Assembly: GCA_045648825.1 (NCBI GenBank)
Contig: JAZROS010000132.1
Span: 1 to 37,514 of the forward strand
DNA length: 37,514 nt
Source of the DNA: Clostridia bacterium
Lineage (GTDB): Bacteria > Bacillota > Clostridia > UBA1381
Reading direction: 5' to 3'
The position numbers were made by a program, and so were the translations under genes. Shown here in pieces: positions 22,763 to 29,071 of this stretch (position 1 is the stretch's first letter; each line of letters opens with the position of its first letter). The notes under the pieces are model-generated. The model was not told where the DNA came from. It saw only the letters and a program-made list of their open reading frames with translations, and searched no databases.

Positions 22763-23430
22763 TCTTTCGCCTCCTCAATTCTTTTCTTTGCTATGTTAAA
22801 ATAATTTTCGTCTAATTCAATGCCGATAAAATCACGATTTGTGTTTACACAAGCAACACCTGTAGAGCCAACACCCATAAAACCATCAAAAATGACCGCA
22901 CCTTCATCGCTTGACTTTTCAATGGCTTGAACAAGCAAATCAACAGGCTTTTGGTTTTGGTGTTCTTGTTCTTTTGGCTTAACTCTTGCAAATTGCCAAA
23001 CATCAGAAATTCGTTTACCTCTTATTTTTGGCTGACCTTTACTTGCAAATATAATAAACTCATAAGAATAGCCAAAAGTGGTTGACAAATCGCCCATTCC
23101 GTTTCTTTGCTTATCCCAAATTATAATGTTTTTGAGATTAAAGCCTGCAGTTTCAATTTGTTGCTTGAAAAAGTCAATTTTTTTGTAATTGCAGAAACAA
23201 TAAATAGCCGTATTGTCTTTCATTATTCGGTAACATTCCTGCAGGTACTTTTCAATCATACCTTCGTTTGCAGAATTGTTTTCATCATTTGCAATCTTCT
23301 TTGAAAATCTGCTCTTGCTATCGTGCCTTGAATAATCGCACAAATACGGAGGGTCTGTTAATACCATATCAACACTTTCATTTGGTATTTGTTTCATAAC
23401 CTCAAGGCAATCGCCATTTAACAATTTCAT
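22741..23430 (-). CDS. DNA methyltransferase, beta-class N6-adenine / N4-cytosine (N6_N4_Mtase type)
   Basis: Catalytic motif IV VLTDPPY lies near the N-terminus, and AdoMet motif I FDGFMGVGSTGVAC lies near the C-terminus. The order IV->I defines the beta class. Confidence 0.85.
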   Translation of the reverse strand: MKLLNGDCLEVMKQIPNESVDMVLTDPPYLCDYSRHDSKSRFSKKIANDENNSANEGMIEKYLQECYRIMKDNTAIYCFCNYKKIDFFKQQIETAGFNLKNIIIWDKQRNGMGDLSTTFGYSYEFIIFASKGQPKIRGKRISDVWQFARVKPKEQEHQNQKPVDLLVQAIEKSSDEGAVIFDGFMGVGSTGVACVNTNRDFIGIELDENYFNIAKKRIEEAKECLTQKL

Positions 23431-23462
23431 TTTGTAACACTCCTTTTATAAATTCTATAAGA

Positions 23463-23491
23463 ATTATAACATATAAAAATCGCTTTGTCAA
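23463..23491 (-). promoter_or_regulatory. Perfect consensus promoter TTGACA-17-TATAAT upstream of the methyltransferase island
   Basis: Minus strand reads gggtATTGACAaagcgatttttatatgtTATAATtct. Confidence 0.7.
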
Positions 23492-23502
23492 TACCCTTTC
23501 AC

Positions 23503-23536
23503 AAAAAAATACCGAAAACATTTCTGTTCTCGGTAT
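23503..23536 (-). terminator. Intrinsic terminator after the portal gene
   Basis: 10-bp stem ATACCGAGAA/TTTTCGGTAT on the minus strand, containing one G.U pair that would be an A.C mismatch on the plus strand. It is followed by T7. Confidence 0.75.
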
Positions 23537-23544
23537 CGTGTGTG

Positions 23545-24873
23545 TTATCTGGCACTTATTATATTTTCTATTGCACGTTCGGTGTTCGCCTGATTGGTTG
23601 CGGAGATTCTCGCAAGTTTTTCTTCAATTTCCTGTTGTGACAAATCAGGGAAAAGCCAACGCACAACATCTTCTGCCTCTGCATATCCGTCTTGTGCGGC
23701 GGTTTTAATTCTTTCATACTGTGCGGTTTCATCAACAAACGGGTCGAACCAATCTACTTTTAAATCCCACAAGCCAAGAGGAATAAGGGAAAGAATATTA
23801 TCTGCAATAAGTGTTTCTTTTATTCCCTCATACATTGCATTGCGGACTTTTTTCATCATAGAAATAGTTTTTACATTTGCGGTACGGATTTCCGTTGCGG
23901 TTGCTCCTGCGGTGTATTCAGGCGGTGTAACAAATCCTGCATTTAAGCCTATTCTATCTTCATAATCGTGTCCTGCATCAATCATATTCTGCTTGTAATC
24001 ATTGTATCTTGTTGCAGGTGCAAACTCGTCAATTAAGCCACCATCAATTCCCGACTTTTTCTGTATAACATAAACATCTTCAGGCAATCCATAGACATTA
24101 CCCATTTCGGTCTGCTCAATTCTTGTTATGCTCTTATCAGCAAAGAGTTTCATTTTGGCGTTTTGCATTTCTTTGGATAACATCTGCTTTGCTTCAATAA
24201 GTTTTGCTTCTTCTTCCTTACAAGCAAAGTTTAACGGAACACCAAAAAACGGCTCTAATCCGTTGCTATCTTGTGGGCTTTTGAAATATGCAACGCCAAT
24301 ATGTTTTGCATTGTAAAAAGCGGTATTATCACTCTTATAATGTTCCCATTCTTCAACAAATGCTTCTCTGCCTGAATTATCAAGTGTGTAATAATAAACA
24401 TACAGAGTGCCATTTTTATCAAGAATATGATGCCTTACAAGTGTGTATTTCTGCTTTTTAATCGTCTTGCGGTCAATAATCATTGCCATTTCATAAATCT
24501 TGTCAGCAGAGATATTATAAACACTAACATCGGCAGGAGCAATTATTCTATGATACGGCTCTGTGTCCTCATTGGTTGCCATTGTTACCCAACAACCACC
24601 CTTGCCAAGCATCATTGAACATATATCATATCGCTTTGCTTCAAGGTCATTGCACAAAACACGCAAAGGCTCAATCAAATCGCTATCTCCACCCAATTCA
24701 AAAGTAGCCTCATCATTTACAAGTGTTCCTAATTTTTTAACAACAATGTCAAGTGGGTTATATTTGCTTATATCTTCCCACTTTCTAACATCAGGGTTAA
24801 CTTGATTTCTCTGTTCTTCATCATCTCCTAATTGTTTTATGTTGTACCAAAATGTTTTCCAATTAAAAGCCAA
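23545..24873 (-). CDS. Portal protein
   Basis: Track ORF (442 aa) directly downstream of terL, with a TTG start 7 nt after GGGAG. The call rests on size and position. Confidence 0.8.
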   Translation of the reverse strand: MAFNWKTFWYNIKQLGDDEEQRNQVNPDVRKWEDISKYNPLDIVVKKLGTLVNDEATFELGGDSDLIEPLRVLCNDLEAKRYDICSMMLGKGGCWVTMATNEDTEPYHRIIAPADVSVYNISADKIYEMAMIIDRKTIKKQKYTLVRHHILDKNGTLYVYYYTLDNSGREAFVEEWEHYKSDNTAFYNAKHIGVAYFKSPQDSNGLEPFFGVPLNFACKEEEAKLIEAKQMLSKEMQNAKMKLFADKSITRIEQTEMGNVYGLPEDVYVIQKKSGIDGGLIDEFAPATRYNDYKQNMIDAGHDYEDRIGLNAGFVTPPEYTAGATATEIRTANVKTISMMKKVRNAMYEGIKETLIADNILSLIPLGLWDLKVDWFDPFVDETAQYERIKTAAQDGYAEAEDVVRWLFPDLSQQEIEEKLARISATNQANTERAIENIISAR

Positions 24874-24884
24874 AATATCACTCC

Positions 24885-26147
24885 CTAATCAGTTAAATAC
24901 ATATAATCTTCTGCTATGCTATAAAAAAATCCATCTATGCAGTCAATGTTCATACTTCCATCATCACAAATAACCGCCTTTTCGCTTCTATCATCAAATA
25001 CGGCATTTTGTAATTGGTCGAGCAATGGTTCACATTCGCCCTCAATCATCTTAAATCTGCCCTGTGCCATTAACTTATTAAGCATAAGCGGTCTATCTTC
25101 CAAAGGCATTGAAGATTTTACCCTTGCCGCACTATCGAATATATAACGCCAATTATTCAACGAATTAACTGTTGTATAATAATTATCGTCTATGTAACAA
25201 TAACGGACTTGATTTAACATTTTTTGTACTGTTTGTTTATCCGCTTTTGCATTATAATCTCTTTCCACACCCTCAATAAAATCAATGGCTATCTTTTCAA
25301 CATCTGCAAGGTTTAATTCTTCGGGTACAATCTCAACTCCACGCAAAACAACCGCCATATTGTCAGCCGTTATTCCTGTGCATATAAGAGCAAAATTTGA
25401 CTTGTTTCCGCCTAAATCATATCCAACGCCAATATTTTTATATTGTTTCGGTGCTTTGTCTTTGCCTATGATGTACTTATCAAGATTATTCGCAATATCG
25501 GGAAAAACAAGTCCTTCTGCACGGATAAAATTCCCATTTATAAATCTTTCGTAATATACACCGCTATATTCCTTTTTCAAGTTATCTTTGTATGTTTCAT
25601 CAAGGAATATATTGTCATCAATCAAGAACTTTATAACTTGCTTGTCAAGTAAATCATTGTCAATTATTTCTGTCTTAACATAATGCTTCGGGTGGTCTGG
25701 GTTGGTAGTCGCAAGGAACACCGCTCCTTTCTCACTCAAACGAGAAAGAGCCATCAAATAAAAATCCTGCGGTATCTGTGTCAACTCGTCAATGTAAACT
25801 CCCATCAATGTCATACCACGAATTTTGCTTTCGCTTCGTTCATCATTTGCACCCTCAAGCCATACAGTACGCCCAAATATAACTGCTTTCTTCTGCGATA
25901 TTGAATAGGTTATATTATCTCCTATCAATTCTTCAAGCAATACGAGGCAGTTTCTTTTCAAGGTGGTTATTGTCTTGCCTACCATAAGGAACTGTTTGTC
26001 GCTTGGCTGTTGTCCTACCCATATCGCCCATTTTAACAAAGATATCCAAGTCTTACCACTACGAACAGAGCCATAAAGCAGATTGATACGGCATAAATCA
26101 TCTTTTAGAAATTTCTTTTGCTTTTCGCTCAACATCTGCTTACTCAT
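24885..26147 (-). CDS. terL: Terminase large subunit
   Basis: Walker A LYGSVRSGKT, Walker B MGVYIDE, and ATTNP coupling motif, with a nuclease-type C-terminal half. The arrangement is PBSX/Terminase_3-like. Confidence 0.9.
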   Translation of the reverse strand: MSKQMLSEKQKKFLKDDLCRINLLYGSVRSGKTWISLLKWAIWVGQQPSDKQFLMVGKTITTLKRNCLVLLEELIGDNITYSISQKKAVIFGRTVWLEGANDERSESKIRGMTLMGVYIDELTQIPQDFYLMALSRLSEKGAVFLATTNPDHPKHYVKTEIIDNDLLDKQVIKFLIDDNIFLDETYKDNLKKEYSGVYYERFINGNFIRAEGLVFPDIANNLDKYIIGKDKAPKQYKNIGVGYDLGGNKSNFALICTGITADNMAVVLRGVEIVPEELNLADVEKIAIDFIEGVERDYNAKADKQTVQKMLNQVRYCYIDDNYYTTVNSLNNWRYIFDSAARVKSSMPLEDRPLMLNKLMAQGRFKMIEGECEPLLDQLQNAVFDDRSEKAVICDDGSMNIDCIDGFFYSIAEDYMYLTD

Positions 26148-26517
26148 TTTTCAAATACTCCGTCAATTCGTCAAGTATGCCGTTGTTATGCTCTTTTGCA
26201 TTATCCTCGCCCAACAACTTACTCAACCGTTCCAAATCGCCCAAATTTCCGCTTTTAACAGCATTTAGTAGGCAAGTTAGGGTAAATACTTCGTGTATGC
26301 TTACATCGTCCCCTAAGCCTAATTTTGACGCTTCTTTTTCAAATACTTTAAGGTCTTTACTTTTGATACTTACAAGGTCTGCTAATATCTGTTGTGTTTT
26401 TTGTTTCTCTCGTCTTGCTTTTCCACTTGCAATACCGCCCTGCCTTGCTATTTCCACCTGTTCGCTACCTGTTCGGAATTGTGTCTTTTCTGCGTTAGGT
26501 GGTCTTTTATTGGGCAT
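26140..26517 (-). CDS. terS: Terminase small subunit (position-based)
   Basis: 125-aa ORF overlapping the terL start. It has a basic N-terminal segment, ...RQGGIASGKARREKQK. The ATG at 26517 lies 5 nt after GGAGGTG; the track starts at TTG 26538. Confidence 0.55.
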   Translation of the reverse strand: MPNKRPPNAEKTQFRTGSEQVEIARQGGIASGKARREKQKTQQILADLVSIKSKDLKVFEKEASKLGLGDDVSIHEVFTLTCLLNAVKSGNLGDLERLSKLLGEDNAKEHNNGILDELTEYLKNE

Positions 26518-26534
26518 TAAACCACCTCCGTCAG

Positions 26535-27305
26535 TCAAATTCTGTGCTTTGGCACATACCCACTTTCAAAAACCTTTTCCATATCAAAGATATTTCCAAA
26601 GTTGCCATATTCCTTACGGCTAAACTTTTTCATAGGTCTATCGGTTTTGGTCTGCATTTCTTTCAACCGTTTCCAATAGGTGTTACGGAAATAATACCAA
26701 ATGTTGTATAATTCCCATTGATTTTTATTTGCACAACACCAACAGGACACTCTATCAAGTATTGAATATAGGTCAATATATCCGCAATCGGTCTTGTCTG
26801 TTTCTTCAAGCCATTCAACACCATTTTGTCTGTTGAGTTGTAAACAATCTTTTTCATTCATTCCCCATTCTTTCAATGGGTGTATTTTATATTCTTTATC
26901 GGGTGTTCGGTTGATTTCGTTTAAAGCAATACCGACATAAACCATTGCATTTTTTTCTTCACAATATTTATCAAGTATTTTTATCTTGTCAGTAGTTCCC
27001 CATCTACACATACCGCCACACCAAGAATATCCGTTATGATAACCGCTACCGTCCCTATTCTTTACAAGGATATTAAACATTTTATCCTCAAAATCATAAT
27101 CGGGTTGTAGCATTGTGCATTTTATACCCAAAGGCTCATACTGTCTTTTTACCCATTCCCAAACATTATAGATACAATCAAAATCCATTCCGTTTGAATA
27201 AAAAACAATTTCGTCAAGTGGATATTTTCTGCGGACTAATTCTTGTACCATTGCCATACTGTCATTTCCGCAACTTACAGAAGCAATATAATACTTTTTA
27301 CTCAT
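26535..27305 (-). CDS. PAPS-reductase-family PP-loop ATP-pyrophosphatase (DndC-like), paralogue 2
   Basis: It shows SVSCGNDSMAM, WCGGMCRWGT, DRVSCWCC and RPMKKF...GN.FDMEKVF, all shared with paralogue 1. The ATG at 27305 lies 8 nt after GGAG. Confidence 0.7.
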   Translation of the reverse strand: MSKKYYIASVSCGNDSMAMVQELVRRKYPLDEIVFYSNGMDFDCIYNVWEWVKRQYEPLGIKCTMLQPDYDFEDKMFNILVKNRDGSGYHNGYSWCGGMCRWGTTDKIKILDKYCEEKNAMVYVGIALNEINRTPDKEYKIHPLKEWGMNEKDCLQLNRQNGVEWLEETDKTDCGYIDLYSILDRVSCWCCANKNQWELYNIWYYFRNTYWKRLKEMQTKTDRPMKKFSRKEYGNFGNIFDMEKVFESGYVPKHRI

Positions 27306-27396
27306 ATTCATATCTCCTAACAGATTAAATTTATATAAAGCAAGTAATCAATGGTTAGGCATTGAAAAGGGAGCTACCCTCTGTCCTTGCAATATA

Positions 27397-27558
27397 TCAT
27401 CGTTTGTCTAACTCTTTATCAAGTTGTTCTTTCATTTCTCGAAGTTTGTTCATATCCTTTTCAGTTCCAAATGCAAGCATTAACAGAATAATCGCCCAAA
27501 ACTTTTGGTCTTCGTTCATACTGTCAAACAGATTTTTTAAGTCTTTATCCTCTGCCAT
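27397..27558 (-). CDS. Small hypothetical protein (53 aa)
   Basis: Own translation: MAEDKDLKNLFDSMNEDQKFWAIILLMLAFGTEKDMNKLREMKEQLDKELDKR. A GGGGTGA SD lies 5 nt upstream. It is the first ORF after the leader terminator. Confidence 0.5.
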   Translation of the reverse strand: MAEDKDLKNLFDSMNEDQKFWAIILLMLAFGTEKDMNKLREMKEQLDKELDKR

Positions 27559-27576
27559 ACATTCACCCCATTATGC

Positions 27577-27600
27577 ACAAAAGAGCCGACACAATCGGCT
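27577..27600 (-). terminator. Intrinsic terminator at the end of the structured leader
   Basis: AGCCGA-ttgtg-TCGGCT (27600-27584 on the minus strand), followed by CTTTTGTG. The stem is short, so efficiency is uncertain. Confidence 0.5.
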
Positions 27601-27874
27601 GTGTTTGGTTAGCATATTGTATCAACTCCTTGTAAATTATTTTGGCAGGGAATAAAGGTACTGCCCCTCTTTCAACGGAGTCAAAGTCCGTTGCATTACT
27701 TTTATGCTAATTCCCTATAATTACGCACCGAAAAGTCTAAATTTCACCTTTTCGGCACTTCTCGTCTTTCAACACATTACATCGTTCCAATGTCGAACGC
27801 AAATTCTCGTTGTTCTTGTTCCGAGCCGTCAAAAAATATACAGAAAGGAGGTTAAAATGAAAAACATTATACCC
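27577..27874 (-). ncRNA. ~300-nt structured non-coding leader / candidate ncRNA between a consensus promoter and a terminator
   Basis: No credible ORF is present. Hairpins lie at 27783-27799, 27725-27758 (11 bp, with two G.U pairs that form only in the minus-strand RNA), 27673-27693 and 27644-27665, plus the terminator. The ends are inferred from promoter and terminator positions only. Confidence 0.4.
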
Positions 27875-27880
27875 GATGTA

Positions 27881-27909
27881 ATTATATCATTTTTCCCTTT
27901 CATTGTCAA
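27881..27909 (-). promoter_or_regulatory. Perfect consensus promoter TTGACA-17-TATAAT (candidate late-operon promoter)
   Basis: Minus strand reads cacTTGACAatgaaagggaaaaatgaTATAATtacatcgggTATAATg. A second TATAAT box lies 15 nt downstream (27871-27866). Confidence 0.7.
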
Positions 27910-28099
27910 GTGCTATAGCATAAGCTAACACCAATAAACTCATAAATCCACATATAAATCCTGCTACAAACATCATTTTCTTTTCCCCTTTTCTTTGTAA
28001 AAATTACACACATCTTCAAACTCGCAATACATTTTGTTTAATGCAATGCACTTTTTTTTATTTTTATAAAACTTACAATCTTTTCTAACTTTTGAATTT

Positions 28100-28351
28100 T
28101 TAAGAAACATCAACACATACCACCTTTTCAAGATTACACTCAATTATACCATTGTTGTTTAAATTATGCAAGATAGCAATATTCAAAGTTTCGCCTTTTT
28201 GATTAAAACCCATCATAAAACGGTATGGATAATATTTTATACTTTCATACTCAACCAATAGTTGATTTGGCACATCTTGTTTTGTTCCGCAAATTTCTTT
28301 TTCCAACATAGCACATTGCTGACACATTTTTATATATTTGTTTCTATCCAT
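28100..28351 (-). CDS. Hypothetical protein (83 aa)
   Basis: Track ORF with a TAATG overlap to the upstream small ORF. It contains CQQC...C. Confidence 0.6.
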   Translation of the reverse strand: MDRNKYIKMCQQCAMLEKEICGTKQDVPNQLLVEYESIKYYPYRFMMGFNQKGETLNIAILHNLNNNGIIECNLEKVVCVDVS

Positions 28352-28464
28352 TAGAATTTGTTCCTTTTACACCATTCACGAAGTTTTTTGTCATATTCAA
28401 TAGGTGAAAGATTTAAACTGCGTAAATATTGTTTATATGCTTCATATCGTTGTGTTTTATTCAT
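28351..28464 (-). CDS. Small hypothetical protein (37 aa)
   Basis: Own translation: MNKTQRYEAYKQYLRSLNLSPIEYDKKLREWCKRNKF. It is coupled at both ends (an 8-nt overlap with the upstream gene's 3' end and a TAATG overlap downstream). Confidence 0.45.
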   Translation of the reverse strand: MNKTQRYEAYKQYLRSLNLSPIEYDKKLREWCKRNKF

Positions 28465-28798
28465 TATCGCTTACCTCCTGCAATAGCCATTGTTTACATA
28501 ATTCGTATTGTTCTTTTTTTGCTTCTTCCGTTACTTTTATTGGTACTGTTTGTTCAATCGCATCACATTGTATTTTTGCCAAATTTACCGCCATTTCCTC
28601 CACACTCATTGATTTTATGCGGTCGTAGTTGGTCTTTGAAGTTGAATTATTTAGGTTTTCCACATAATTCTTAAATCCGTCAAGTCCTAATCTCATTCCA
28701 AAACTGATTGGAAATTCTTCTTCGCTATATCCTCTTAAACTATCAATGTCTTTTTGTAATTTTTTTATAATTTCTGTTTTTTTAATATATTCTTCCAT
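28457..28798 (-). CDS. Hypothetical protein (113 aa)
   Basis: Track ORF with a GGAGAGG SD. Confidence 0.6.
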   Translation of the reverse strand: MEEYIKKTEIIKKLQKDIDSLRGYSEEEFPISFGMRLGLDGFKNYVENLNNSTSKTNYDRIKSMSVEEMAVNLAKIQCDAIEQTVPIKVTEEAKKEQYELCKQWLLQEVSDNE

Positions 28799-28814
28799 TT
28801 CTTTCTACCTCTCC

Positions 28815-29069
28815 TGTAAATAACTTTAATTATTGACTATTTACACCGCAACCCTTAATATAACTGCGTTTCAGCCATTTTTGTAAATAATATAAACAAT
28901 TTTACTATACATTACCTTTTGTATTTAATAATTGTATAAAAATCAGGTTTTATAATTTTACCCCTATTTTATTATTTACTATTTACAAAATGTTGTTAAA
29001 GTGTTGATATATAAGGGTTTTTGGTTGTAAATAACTTTGTAAATAACTGTAAATAGCCTTGTAAATAAC
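28815..29069. promoter_or_regulatory. Putative origin of replication: AT-rich non-coding region with at least 8 iteron-like TGTAAATA(A/G)(C) repeats in both orientations
   Basis: Direct copies lie at 28815, 28882, 29026, 29038, 29048 and 29060; the last four are in tandem with 12/10/12-nt phasing. Inverted copies (TATTTACA) lie at 28838 and 28980. The region is immediately downstream of the primase/helicase gene. Confidence 0.55.
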
Positions 29070-29071
29070 AT

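Noticed and set aside
27577-27874. The leader considered as a known sulfur-related riboswitch (S-box/SAM-I) or a T-box, given the downstream PAPS-reductase-like gene.
   Set aside because: I could not find the conserved S-box core or the T-box AGGGUGGNACCGCG sequence by eye. This remains untested by covariance models, so the region is reported only as an unclassified structured leader.
28834-28862. Plus-strand TTGACT-17-TAATAT, considered as the promoter of a plus-strand gene.
   Set aside because: No plus-strand ORF with an SD follows it. It is retained only as a possible origin-activating or antisense promoter within the origin finding.
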